A DNA stretch of 64,000 nucleotides from Vulcanimicrobiota bacterium (GTDB lineage: Bacteria; Vulcanimicrobiota; Xenobia; Xenobiales; JADMJV01), in NCBI GenBank assembly GCA_050250895.1, contig JBFWNU010000001.1, positions 3,744,149 to 3,808,148 of the forward strand, in the 5' to 3' direction. This document shows, piece after piece, positions 9,849 to 20,055 of the stretch (its first letter is position 1; each line of letters begins with the position of its first letter). Below the pieces are notes generated by a model. The model did not search any database. It saw only the letters and a list, made by a program, of their open reading frames with translations, and had not been told where the DNA came from. Position numbers and translations under genes: made by a program.

Positions 9849-12800
9849 CTAGAATCGACTACTCGTCTGAAACCAGAAGCGCGGGCTGCCCAGTTCGTCG
9901 AAAGCGGCCCGCACCAGCAGGTTGTAAGCAAACCGCCACTCGATGCCGTAGAGGTTCTCGGTGTCTCCGTTGGAGCGGATGACGCGGGTCAGGGTCAGCA
10001 GGAAGCGGTCTTGCTCGTCGAGCGACTTGGCCAGTTTAATGACGTAATCGGCAGGAGGGATATAGTCGAACGAGACCTCGGTCAGCGAGAAGGCGCGACC
10101 GATTCCCTCGGTCAAAGGGCTGGTCAGAAATCCGGTGAGATACGAAGTTCCCGCCGTGGTCAAGAAGTTCCCAACCGAAGGGTCGGTGGAGGCGGTGGTC
10201 TCGCCGGTCAAAGCCGAAGGAAGCCCACCCATGACCAGCAGCCGAGAAATCTCGGACTGGGTGAGATAAGGCTGGGAGCTGTAGGAAATGCGCAGGTCGG
10301 GATAGACGCCGCTGACCGTGGCGTAGATGCGATAGCCGCCAAGATCGGTCTGAGCCACCACTCCCTGTAGTTCTGGGATGACGGGTCCGGTCCAGCGGAC
10401 TTCGCCGGTGCGCAACTGCAAGCGGATGTCTGAAAAGGGGATGCGGATGGTGCCGCGAGAGAGCGCCAGAGTTCCAAACAGGGAAGGCATGGGTTGCTCG
10501 GGTTGACGGCGGACCTGCAGGTCGCCGCCCACTCGCACTCTAGAGTCCATGGCCTCGGCCCACACATCGTCGCCCAGACTCACGTCGAGATCCATTCCTA
10601 CGGGGGGCAGCGACACCTCGGACTGCACGCCCTCACCTTCCACCGCTTTGACCGGAAGGTCGATGTTGCCCTGGGGAATATCGATGCTGCCTACCATGAC
10701 CGGAACGACCGTCTGGCCATCGGCCGAAGGACGACCCTCCACCGCCAGGTCCATGGTGAACTTGCCCGAGAACAGGTCGGGCAGGCGCAAGGGCAGGTCC
10801 TTTCCGAACAGGCGCGCGTCGATATAGACAGGCTCGAGGCCGACCAATTCGGCTTTGCCGCCGGCCTGGATGGGCTGGCCGTTGAGCTGGGCCTGGAAGC
10901 TCTCGATGGCGTAGCGGTTGATGATGGCACCGTCTAGATTGCGACCAACCGGCGAGACCTCGGCCTCGTCGGCGCCGATGCGGTCAAACGTCAGCAGGCT
11001 GTTGAGGCCGCTGAGTTCGCCGAACGTCTCACCCTGGATCCGTCCGTCGCTGACCTGCACCTGGCCGGTCAGGTCGGGCGCGTTGAGCTGGCCCTGGAGT
11101 GTGAGGTTGCCTTCCAGGTTGCCGGCCGTTTGATAGTTCTCTCCCAGAATCGCCTGGGCCAGGGCCAGTCCCTTATCGACGAGGCTCGCCTGCATCTCGA
11201 CCTGCGAGTCGCGCCGGAGTTCGCGGCCCTGCCAGACGGGAGCCAGTCGATCCTGGGGTACGGGCTCGGCCTGACGCCAGTCGAACTCGGCCCAGCCGTC
11301 CAGGCTCAGGGCGTGGTCGGGGCTGGGAGTCGGCCCCAGGAACACCCTGGCAGGCTCGCCTCTAGGCCCCTGAAAACGGACTCGACCGTCGCCTTCGCTG
11401 GCCAATCCTACGATGGTTTGGACCACGGACACGCCACCCAGTTCGGCCTGATCGGACTGGAGGAAGGCTCCCAGTTCGGGCCGCAGCAGCGGTCCGCTCA
11501 GGTTGACTTCGAGGCTGTCGATGTTGCCCTGGGCTTTAAGCCAGTCGGGCAAGAAGCTACTCAAAGGGATGCCTCCGGCTCCCAGGTGGAGTTCGCTCTC
11601 GGGGCGGGCGTCAGGCGCCTGCATCAGAGCCAGATTGGCCTCCCCCTCGAGGTGGCCCTGCCGCTCTTCGCCCTGATGGAAGTCGAAGGCAGTCATTCCC
11701 GCCACCAGGCGGCCGGCCGTGCCGTCGCGTCGATAGGCGATCGTGGTCGGCTCTTCCAGGCTGATCTTGCGGTCGCCGCTCTGCAGCTCGAAGTCTTGCA
11801 GCTCGAGTTGATAGCTGGGAAGGCCCGGTCCCGCGGCCAGCAGGTGGTCGCGATACCACTGTCCCTCCAGGGTCAGCGTTCCGCTGGCGGTGACCCGCGC
11901 TGGTCCTGACTGCTGATCCATCAGCAGAGCCACGGCCCGGTCGGTGAGATGGGTGGCCTGGGCCCGAAAAGGCACGCCGGCTCGTCCAAAGTCGGGCCCG
12001 TCGGGCGAGGTCAGATAGCTCAAAAGTGGCTGGGTCGGAAGCCCTGCCGAGACCGCGCCCGAGGCGGTGACCACGCTGTCTTCCAGGCGGGCGTGAAAGC
12101 CCTGGTCAGGAATGCGGATGGCTACCCGGTCGCCTTCGATGCGAACTTGCACGCCATGCTCGGGGTCGGTCACCAGTTCGTCATCCCGACGCTGGATTCG
12201 CCCCAAGACCAGCTCTTCGATGGTCACCCCCCGGTAGTCGACCGCCTCGGACTCGAAAGCCACATAAAGGCTCGTGCCCTCCAGGTGCGCGGCCGCGTCG
12301 GCGTTGCCTTTCAGGTCGTTTCTCAGGCGAGCCAGCGGGAAGCTCTCGGCCCAGAAGTCCCCCTCCAGCCGACCGCTGGCGGTGCGTTTGCCTCGACCTC
12401 GCAATTGGGCGTCGCCGCTCTGCACCAGCAGGTCGCTCAGGCGGATTTCCCCTTGTTGGCCGCTGAAGTCGAGGCGGGCCAGGTCGATGGGGATGGTTTG
12501 GTCGGCCAGTCGCAAGCCGCCGTTCTCCAATTCGACGGTCCCGGCCAGGGACGGACTCGAGGGGCTGCCCCACAGGTGCAGGTTGTTGCTCGAAACCAGA
12601 CCCCAGGGAATCAGTCCTGCCATGCTCTCGGGGGCCAGCAAAGCGAGTTCGCGGGCCGGCCAGTGAGAGACCTTCAGGCGCAGGTCGACAGCCTGAGCCG
12701 AGACCTTGCCCTGAGCCGAGATCATGTCGGGGCCAAACTCGCCTCTTTCCAGCCGAGGGTCGAAGGTCTGGCCCGACAACAAGAGATTGAGCGATTGGTC

Positions 12801-15407
12801 GAGGCGAGCCGCCATCGAGTAGTAGTAGCGTTGCTCGGCCCCGGGGCGTGAGAGAACCATCCAGGGAACCTCGACTCGTCCGCCGGGTTGGGGATTGCTC
12901 CAGCTGCCGCCCAGGTGACCTCGGGCCGAAACCAGCCCCGACTCGACCTGGAAAGGCAATTCGATCGTATTGAGGGTGGCCAGCCAGCCCAGATCCAGGC
13001 CGGCGGCGATAAAGTTGAAATCTAATCGGCGGGTGGCCAGGTTGGTGGTCCCGTTGACCAGCACCGAGTTGTGCCCAGGAAAGGGAAAGCTGTCGTAAAC
13101 CACCGGCTCCAGCGGCGGAGCCATGTTCGGCCCGAAGAATTCATAGGCATGACCATGATAGCCGATCACCGGCAGGTCCACCTCAGGGGTAAAGTGAGTC
13201 TCCCAGGTCAGTAGATTGCGCTCGAGAGCCAGCAAGTTGCCGCGCAGTCGACCCTCACCGCTCAAGAGCATGCGGTCCACCGCGAGCTGAGTGGGTTGGA
13301 GCGTTCCATTGTAGACCAGTTGCAGGTCGTTGAGGCTGCCGTAGCCCGCCCCCTGGGCCAGCACGCGTCCCTGGCCCGGCTGCAAGGCGTCGACCCAGGC
13401 CAGGGCCCGCACGCCACCATCCGGGCGGCGCTGGCCCTGAGCCACCAACTTCAGATTGGGCGCCTCGGCCGCAGCCGCGAACACGGCCGCGCCGTCGCCG
13501 CGGCCCAGCACCTTGACCACCCCGTCGCCGCGCGACCCGTTGAGTTCGAGGTTGCTGCCTCGGGCCACCAGGTCCACGCTCTGCTCGTTCAACCACACCT
13601 CGGCGGCCATTTCCACCGAACCACCCAGGGCCTCGGCCCTCAAGTCGGGCAGCAGAAGCTGTTGCAGGTTAGCCGCGAAAGGTCCCCGCACTCCGCTGGC
13701 CTGATAGCCGCCGTAACTCACGCTGCCGCCCTCGAGATGCCCTACCGCGCGCAGGCTCTCCAACTCATCCAGGTCTCCCCAGAACGTGGCTCGGCCGGCC
13801 AGGTTGGCGCTGGCCCCCCCGCCCGACCAGGCAAACCCCGGCGTGTTGGCGACTCCCACCACTTCCTTGGTCTCGGGATCGACGAAGGTGAAGGGCAGAT
13901 TGACGGTCGAGCCAGCTCCGCTGGCCGACCCGTCATAGACCATCACGGTCTCGCGGCTCGCCAGAAATCGACCTCGGGCCTCGGTCAAGCCCTGGCTCCA
14001 GGCGCCCAGCCCGCGCAGGCTACCCTGGCCAAACACCAGCGGTTGCTTTTGGGTGCCCACCACGGCCACGGAAAAATCGGCCTCTTCGGCCACGCCCGGC
14101 ACCATCTCAGAGACCCGGGCGCCCTGCCCCTGCAGGTGCAACAACACCCCGGGCTCACCCTCCAGAAAGGCCAACCCGCTGCCGCTGAAATTGCCCAGCG
14201 GGCTCTGGGCTTGGATCTCCTGGAGGGTCAGCAACTGGTCGACGAGTTCGAATCTGGCCTTGACACGCTCGAGCGGACGCCCTTCGACGCGCAGGTCCTG
14301 GCCGGTCACAAGACCCTCGATGCGAGGCCGCTCGGGGGTGCCCTCGATGGTGGCATCCAGGGCCACCTTGCCCTTGGCCGCCGGTGCCTGAGCCACGATC
14401 TCACGGGCCCGAGCCAGATCGAGTTCGGGCATCTGCAGCGAGAGATACAGTCCCCCCAATCCCGCTTCGCCCCAGAGCTTGAAGGGGCTGTCTTTGACCG
14501 TGCCGGTCAGTCCTTCGGTGCTGACGGTGCGGCCGGCCACCTCGAGCTTGCCGGAGAGATGCTCGACCCCCACCGGCAGGCTGGGCACCTGGGCGCTCAA
14601 GTCGTGCAGTTCGAGTTCGCCCACCGCAAACGCCTGACCGGCCAGTCCTCCCCAGCTCTCGGCCTGGCTGTGCAGGGTCAGATCTCCGCTGACCCGACCC
14701 TCTTCGATCAGGGCCGAGCCCATGCCGGTGAAGGGGGTGAGATCGAGGTCTTCGAAGGTGGTTCGCAGATGCACCCCCGGGGGGTCAAAGCGCACCGAGC
14801 CCACCACCGGCATGGCCTTCTCGGCGTTCATCGGTCGCACTCGCAGGTCGAGTTCGGCTTGACCCTCGTGAAACTGCAAAAAGCCATCCACCTCGGACAT
14901 CTCGTAGAGCAAGCCCAATCCCCGCGCGTCGCGATAGATAGCGTAGCCGTCTTCGAGGGTGATGCTGCCCTCGTAGAGGCTCAGGAAACCCCCGCCTTCA
15001 CTGGTGCTCTCAGGCAGTAGCCCGGCCAGGTTGAACTGGCCCGCTTTGTCCACCACCAGACGTAGGCCCGGCCGGGTGAGCACGATTCCATCGATCCCGC
15101 GGGCCCAGTGGTCGGTGAGCAACCTGCGCAGGTTGAAATCGATGAGCATCTCGTCGGCGGTGATCACCGGCTCGCCCTGGGTGTTCGTCACGCTCACATC
15201 CTCGAGGCGTACCGCGCCCAGCCCCAATCGAGCGTGGCTAAAGCGGATGTCTCCATTGATCTGCTCGCGCATGGGCGCTAACACCAGCCGCGCCAGCGGC
15301 TCGAAGAAGAGAAAGAGCCCGACCACGGCGAGCAAAAGCAACGCTGCCAACACCAGGCTGCCCCGGAGGAAGATCTTTTTTAGAAGCGGCAGGTTGACTT
15401 GGGCCAT
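9849..15407 (-). CDS. tamB: Translocation/assembly module TamB/AsmA-like protein
   Basis: 1852 aa, N-terminal membrane anchor, repetitive beta-rich body, C-terminal DUF490-like region (SSQPYLTQSEISRLL). Confidence 0.8.
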   Translation of the reverse strand: MAQVNLPLLKKIFLRGSLVLAALLLLAVVGLFLFFEPLARLVLAPMREQINGDIRFSHARLGLGAVRLEDVSVTNTQGEPVITADEMLIDFNLRRLLTDHWARGIDGIVLTRPGLRLVVDKAGQFNLAGLLPESTSEGGGFLSLYEGSITLEDGYAIYRDARGLGLLYEMSEVDGFLQFHEGQAELDLRVRPMNAEKAMPVVGSVRFDPPGVHLRTTFEDLDLTPFTGMGSALIEEGRVSGDLTLHSQAESWGGLAGQAFAVGELELHDLSAQVPSLPVGVEHLSGKLEVAGRTVSTEGLTGTVKDSPFKLWGEAGLGGLYLSLQMPELDLARAREIVAQAPAAKGKVALDATIEGTPERPRIEGLVTGQDLRVEGRPLERVKARFELVDQLLTLQEIQAQSPLGNFSGSGLAFLEGEPGVLLHLQGQGARVSEMVPGVAEEADFSVAVVGTQKQPLVFGQGSLRGLGAWSQGLTEARGRFLASRETVMVYDGSASGAGSTVNLPFTFVDPETKEVVGVANTPGFAWSGGGASANLAGRATFWGDLDELESLRAVGHLEGGSVSYGGYQASGVRGPFAANLQQLLLPDLRAEALGGSVEMAAEVWLNEQSVDLVARGSNLELNGSRGDGVVKVLGRGDGAAVFAAAAEAPNLKLVAQGQRRPDGGVRALAWVDALQPGQGRVLAQGAGYGSLNDLQLVYNGTLQPTQLAVDRMLLSGEGRLRGNLLALERNLLTWETHFTPEVDLPVIGYHGHAYEFFGPNMAPPLEPVVYDSFPFPGHNSVLVNGTTNLATRRLDFNFIAAGLDLGWLATLNTIELPFQVESGLVSARGHLGGSWSNPQPGGRVEVPWMVLSRPGAEQRYYYSMAARLDQSLNLLLSGQTFDPRLERGEFGPDMISAQGKVSAQAVDLRLKVSHWPARELALLAPESMAGLIPWGLVSSNNLHLWGSPSSPSLAGTVELENGGLRLADQTIPIDLARLDFSGQQGEIRLSDLLVQSGDAQLRGRGKRTASGRLEGDFWAESFPLARLRNDLKGNADAAAHLEGTSLYVAFESEAVDYRGVTIEELVLGRIQRRDDELVTDPEHGVQVRIEGDRVAIRIPDQGFHARLEDSVVTASGAVSAGLPTQPLLSYLTSPDGPDFGRAGVPFRAQATHLTDRAVALLMDQQSGPARVTASGTLTLEGQWYRDHLLAAGPGLPSYQLELQDFELQSGDRKISLEEPTTIAYRRDGTAGRLVAGMTAFDFHQGEERQGHLEGEANLALMQAPDARPESELHLGAGGIPLSSFLPDWLKAQGNIDSLEVNLSGPLLRPELGAFLQSDQAELGGVSVVQTIVGLASEGDGRVRFQGPRGEPARVFLGPTPSPDHALSLDGWAEFDWRQAEPVPQDRLAPVWQGRELRRDSQVEMQASLVDKGLALAQAILGENYQTAGNLEGNLTLQGQLNAPDLTGQVQVSDGRIQGETFGELSGLNSLLTFDRIGADEAEVSPVGRNLDGAIINRYAIESFQAQLNGQPIQAGGKAELVGLEPVYIDARLFGKDLPLRLPDLFSGKFTMDLAVEGRPSADGQTVVPVMVGSIDIPQGNIDLPVKAVEGEGVQSEVSLPPVGMDLDVSLGDDVWAEAMDSRVRVGGDLQVRRQPEQPMPSLFGTLALSRGTIRIPFSDIRLQLRTGEVRWTGPVIPELQGVVAQTDLGGYRIYATVSGVYPDLRISYSSQPYLTQSEISRLLVMGGLPSALTGETTASTDPSVGNFLTTAGTSYLTGFLTSPLTEGIGRAFSLTEVSFDYIPPADYVIKLAKSLDEQDRFLLTLTRVIRSNGDTENLYGIEWRFAYNLLVRAAFDELGSPRFWFQTSSRF

Positions 15408-15520
15408 AAGGCTTTTCGAGCATAGCCCAAACCATTAGAGGCAAGACCATCTTCGTGGATAGCCCCCCCCTATCCCACGGTATGGGGAGGACCGCCCCTT
15501 CGGGGCGAGAACCCGAAACA

Positions 15521-16774
15521 ATGCGAGTCCTGATGTTGCTCATACTCCTTCTTGCCGTGCCGGTCCTGGGTGCCGAGCAAACGAGTTGCCTGGTGTGTTC
15601 GGTCGAGGAGGGGCAGATTCACTTCGAAGACTGTCCTGTATCCCAAGAAGCCAACGGCCAGACCGTCTACTTTTGCAAAGAAGAGTGCCAGGCTCGCTTC
15701 AACTCCAATCCCGAGGATTGGCTGGCTCGCTACGCGGCCCTTAAGACTCCCGCGGCTACGGGGGGCAAGATGCCCGCTTTCGAGTTTCCGCTCGAACCGG
15801 CCGGCGTGCTTGCCTCCGAGCACCTCCAGGGCAAGGTCTTGCTGATCAACTGCTGGGCCACCTGGTGCGGGCCCTGCATGGAAGAGATGCCCGCTCTGGT
15901 CAAGCTGCAACAGAAGTACAAAGATCGGGGTCTGGTGGTCATCGGGCTTTCGTTTGACGAACAACCGGCCCAGTATCGCCAGGGTCTCGACAAGCTCGGC
16001 CTCAACTTCGTGTCGGTGCTGGCCAAGCAGCCCAAGGTTGCGTCTTTCCTCGAGCAGGTCGGTCCGGTGAAGGCGATTCCGGTGAGCTTTATCGTCGACG
16101 GCCAGGGCACGATCGTCCATCGCCTCGAGGGCTCTCGCACCTTGGAAGAGTTCGAGGCCATGCTCGAGCCGCTGCTTCCGGCCGCTCCCGAAGAACACGC
16201 CTCGGGCGGCTCGCTGACACCCAGTTGACCTGGCTGACCCGGTGAGGGTCGCGCGGTCCGTGGGGCCGCCTCTATCGCAGAACACCGCTGGACCTACACT
16301 ACCCGGGTCGTACCCGGCATCGAGGTCGACCGGGCCAAGTGGCGCAATACCCTGGTCTATCGACTCAACGATGACCTGCAGATGGGCGTCGAGTACAACC
16401 CTCTCGGCCAGGACCTGGGCCTGCTGGTCAACTGGCGCCTCGTGCGCGAGACCTCGTCGAGTCCCGCGGTCGTGCTGGGGACCAGCTCGGACCGCATCGG
16501 CACGCCCAATGGCCGGGCTTACTATCTGACCCTTTCCAAGGAAGTGGCTGACGGCCTGGGTGTCTATGTGGGAGCGATGTACGGCGAGTTCGACGACAAA
16601 GTCCGTATCCCGGCCGGCGTTTCCTACCAATTCGATGACCACTGGTCGACCCTGTTCGCTTATGACGGCGTCAACGGCCATCCCATGGTGACCTACAGCT
16701 GGGACCGCTACAACCTGACGCTGCTCTTCGTCGGCTCGCGTCACCCCGGCCTTTCCTTCGGCGTCGGCTTCTGA
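15521..16774 (+). CDS. Putative selenoprotein: signal peptide + YHS + TlpA thioredoxin + U-P-G-U + outer-membrane beta-barrel (417 aa if both TGA are recoded)
   Basis: Track ORFs 15455-16228 and 16382-16774 share one frame; TGA 16226 and 16235 separated by CCT GGC; 48 sense codons follow with no in-frame start; C-terminal Phe. YHS (CLVC...YFCKEEC) and WATWCGPC domains are secure; the readthrough is inferred. Confidence 0.7.
16244..16272 (+). promoter_or_regulatory. Candidate bacterial SECIS hairpin
   Basis: GCGGTCC-GTG-GGGCCGC stem-loop (16253-16269), G-initiated loop 22 nt after the second TGA and 31 nt after the first. Confidence 0.55.
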
Positions 16775-16804
16775 GGCCTGGTAGGCTGGAGTGGGTTTGG
16801 GCCG

Positions 16805-17234
16805 GGCTGGCTAGAGTACGGGACGTGGTGGTGCCGTACCCCGGGTTTGGCTGGGCCGGGCGAGTACGGCACGTGGTGGTGCGGTACCTGGGCTTGTCCC
16901 GGGGCTGGGCGGAGTACGGCGCGTGGTAGTGCCGGATTCGGCACCTGGTGGTGCCGTACCGCGGGTTTGGCTGGGCCGGGCGGCGTACGGCACGTGGTGG
17001 CGCCGTACCCCGGGTTTGGCCGGGCTGGGCGGAGTACGGCACGTGGTGGCGCCGTACGCCGGGTTTGGCTGGGCCGTGCGAGTACGGCACGTGGTAGCGC
17101 CGGATTCGGCACCTGGTGGTGCCGTACCGCGGGTTGGGCTGGGCTGGGCGAGTACGGCACGTGGTGGCGCCGGATTCGGCACGTGGTGGCGCCGTACCCC
17201 GGATTTGGCCGGGCTCGGCCCTGCCTAGCCAGCC
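16805..17234. repeat. Modular palindromic repeat array 1 (7 units)
   Basis: Core GTACGGCAC-N6-GYGCCGTAC plus a G-rich linker; units at 16814, 16862, 16912, 16983, 17032, 17080, 17150; bracketed by inverted GGCTGGCTAG/CTAGCCAGCC. Confidence 0.9.
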
Positions 17235-17422
17235 AAGCCCACCAAAGCCCGCGATGCCAGCCAACGCCCGCCAGGCCAGCCCAAGCCCAAAAGAAATTCT
17301 GACCCACCGCGAACAAAATCCGTGCCAGCTCCGTCCATGGGTCGAACGAGGAGGGACTCTGCTTGGACATCACACTGACCCAAATAGGAAGGCGGTCGGG
17401 CAGCTTGGAAACACGAGTGAGC

Positions 17423-17944
17423 ATGGAACGCCCCCAACTGCTCGACCTGGTCACCCGCTTGCAAGGGGGCGACTCGGCGGCGCTCGAGCCGTTTATCCAG
17501 GCGACCCAGCAGGCCGCCTACAGGCTGGCGCTGTCGCATTTGCATGATGCGCAGCTGAGCCAGGACGCGGTGCAGGATGCTTATCTGGCGGTCTACCAGA
17601 ATATTGGCAAGCTGCGGGACCCGAACGCCTTTCGCACCTGGTTTTTTCGCATCATCACCAACTGCTGTCGTGACCTGGCCCGCAAGCGCAAGCCCGAGGC
17701 GACGCTGGAGGCGGTGGCCGAGCAGGCCGCTCCGGCGAGTTCGCCCGAGGACAAGCTCAGCGTGCGTCAGGCGTTCGACGAATTGGGCCAGCAAGACCGC
17801 ACCATTCTGACCCTGCGCGAGGTCTGCCAGTGCTCGTATGAAGAGATGGCCAGCACCCTCGAGGTGCCGGTGGGCACCATCAAGTCGCGGCTGGCCAAGG
17901 CGCGCCAGCGTTTTCTCGAAGTGTTTATGGGAGGGAAATCATGA
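17423..17944 (+). CDS. ECF RNA polymerase sigma-70 factor
   Basis: DAVQDAYL, FRTWFFRI (region 2); SYEEMASTLEVPVGTIKSRL (region 4). Confidence 0.93.
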   Translation: MERPQLLDLVTRLQGGDSAALEPFIQATQQAAYRLALSHLHDAQLSQDAVQDAYLAVYQNIGKLRDPNAFRTWFFRIITNCCRDLARKRKPEATLEAVAEQAAPASSPEDKLSVRQAFDELGQQDRTILTLREVCQCSYEEMASTLEVPVGTIKSRLAKARQRFLEVFMGGKS

Positions 17945-20037
17945 CCGAAGCAAAGTTCGAGCAATTCTCGGCCTGGCTCGACGGATACGAGCCGGCTCCC
18001 GAGGGGGAATGGGACCAGGCCAGCCTGGCTCTTGAGCAACTGGGTGAAGAGCTGCGTAAAGAGCAGATTTTGCCCGAGGACTTCGCCAGGCGAACGGCCG
18101 AGCGGGTGTTGACCACCGTGCCGGTGCCGTGGCTGCTGCGGCGGGTGTGGAGTCCCAAGCCGCTACCCTTTGCCTGTCTGAGCCTTAGCACCGTGGCCAT
18201 GCCGTGGCTGGCCAGCGCGTTGGGGCGGCCCTGGCAGCTCGGTCTGGCTCTGGGGGTTCTCTGGTTTCTGGGGGCAAGCCGGTTCTTGCCTCGAGGTAAA
18301 GCGGGTGAGGGTGGGCTGTTGGCTCCAGGCTGGTGTTTGGCCGGTGTGGTCTCGGTGACCGGTGGCCTGGCCGCCTGGATGCTGGCCGTATTTGGCAACA
18401 ACCTCGAGCGTTCCCTCGGTTCGAGTCTGCTGGCTATCCTGGTGGCGCTGGGGTTGGGAGGCCTGATGGTCTCTCAGCTCGGTCGCCTCTATCGCGAGTC
18501 GATGTTGCGACTGGCTCTGCGCAGCCGCTGGCTGGCCATGGCAGTGGCTGGAATGGTCGGCGGCCTGAGCGGCAGTTTGTTGGGGCTGGTGCCGAGGTTG
18601 TTGACCTCTAACCTCTGGTTCGCCTACGGCCCGGCCACCGACCTGGTTAGCTGGACCGGCGACTGGTCGCGGTTGGGGGCTATGGTTGGCCTTTTGCTGG
18701 GCGTCTTGAGCGCGGCCACGGTCGGCTATGACGAATTGCCGAAGCCCGCTGAAGAACTGGGCCGCCTGGTCAAGAAGGCCATCATCGGCGTGCTCATCAG
18801 TTCGGCCACTTTCGGCCTGGCCGGCTGGGCTGTGGTTCGCCACGTGCTCACCGTGCAGATGGTCGAGCCCGAGTGGGTGGGCCAATTGCAGATCGCGATG
18901 ACCGAAGAAATGATGGCTCCCATCAAGCCCGAACAAAACGGTTATGCGGTGCTGGAGGAGGTGCTCGACCGCGAGGCCGCTCAGGCCAGTAAGGCTCCTT
19001 ATCTGGCTCTGACCGATTTCTACCAGGTGAATCTCGAGCATCTGCCGCCCGAGTTGGTGGGACCGGTAGGTCAGGCCGTGCCCGCCTTCGAGGCCATCCT
19101 GCCTCGTATTGGCGAGGCGGTGGCCCGTCCCGAATACTCGAGTATGGCGGTCTACGGCTTTGGCCCCGAGGCCCAGACACCTGACTTTCAGACCCAACGA
19201 GGCATCGTCAAAGGGCTGGTGGTGCTGGGCCTGTATCGTGAGTCTCAGGGCGACGTTCAGGCGGCTCTTGACGCCTATCTGCTGGCTCTTGATTTCGGAA
19301 CTCGCGAAAGCGGAACCGGTGTGCTGGTGCACGAGATGGTCTGTGTCAACAACGTCCTCGACGTGGGTGGCCCTTTGACGGCTCTGGCCAACAGCGGTCA
19401 GCTCTCCCCGGCTCAGTGGCGCCAACTGGGAGCTGGGGTCGAAGGCTGCAAGTTGGATCCGCTCCACTTCGGAAAGGCCATGGACCACGAGTATCTGGCC
19501 GTGCTTCGCCTCTTCGACCGCAACACCAGCGATGAGTTCCCGGGTAGCGCCCCGGCCTTTCTGCTCGAGAGCGAGCGTACTGCTTATACCAACCTCTTCT
19601 TCGGTCACCGCAGCAGTTTCTATTCGCTAAACAGCACGGCCACCTTCGAAGAAGTCCGGGCCAGGTTTCCTTTCTCGGTGGTGATGCCGTCGCTGTTGCC
19701 CAACATCACGCGAGCCCAGTCGTTGTTCTGCGAGGCGCTCACCCGGCTCGAAGGCCTGCGCACGATGGCGGCCCTCGAGAACTATCGTCAGCAACGCGGC
19801 CACTATCCCGAGCAACTCGAAGCACTGGAGCGGCCGGCCTTTGACTACCTGGCGCCGCGCAAGAAGAATCGCCAGGCCGTCAGCGGGCCGATTCCGGGCG
19901 TGACCGAAGCCGAGCGCCTGGGGCTCGACGACCTGCCGACCCTAGCGTACGAGCGCGTGGGTGACAGCTATCATCTGGCGTCACGCAATCAGGATTGGGA
20001 CAGGTCGAAGTGGTCTGCGAAAGGCGTCTTCCGCTAG
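17941..20037 (+). CDS. Multi-TM membrane protein, probable anti-sigma factor with large extracytoplasmic domain
   Basis: ATGA-coupled to the ECF gene; short cytoplasmic N-terminus, several TM helices, GspG-like LENYRQQRGHYPEQLEAL near the C-terminus. Confidence 0.6.
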   Translation: MTEAKFEQFSAWLDGYEPAPEGEWDQASLALEQLGEELRKEQILPEDFARRTAERVLTTVPVPWLLRRVWSPKPLPFACLSLSTVAMPWLASALGRPWQLGLALGVLWFLGASRFLPRGKAGEGGLLAPGWCLAGVVSVTGGLAAWMLAVFGNNLERSLGSSLLAILVALGLGGLMVSQLGRLYRESMLRLALRSRWLAMAVAGMVGGLSGSLLGLVPRLLTSNLWFAYGPATDLVSWTGDWSRLGAMVGLLLGVLSAATVGYDELPKPAEELGRLVKKAIIGVLISSATFGLAGWAVVRHVLTVQMVEPEWVGQLQIAMTEEMMAPIKPEQNGYAVLEEVLDREAAQASKAPYLALTDFYQVNLEHLPPELVGPVGQAVPAFEAILPRIGEAVARPEYSSMAVYGFGPEAQTPDFQTQRGIVKGLVVLGLYRESQGDVQAALDAYLLALDFGTRESGTGVLVHEMVCVNNVLDVGGPLTALANSGQLSPAQWRQLGAGVEGCKLDPLHFGKAMDHEYLAVLRLFDRNTSDEFPGSAPAFLLESERTAYTNLFFGHRSSFYSLNSTATFEEVRARFPFSVVMPSLLPNITRAQSLFCEALTRLEGLRTMAALENYRQQRGHYPEQLEALERPAFDYLAPRKKNRQAVSGPIPGVTEAERLGLDDLPTLAYERVGDSYHLASRNQDWDRSKWSAKGVFR

Positions 20038-20055
20038 CAGCCAGAATGCCCGCCA

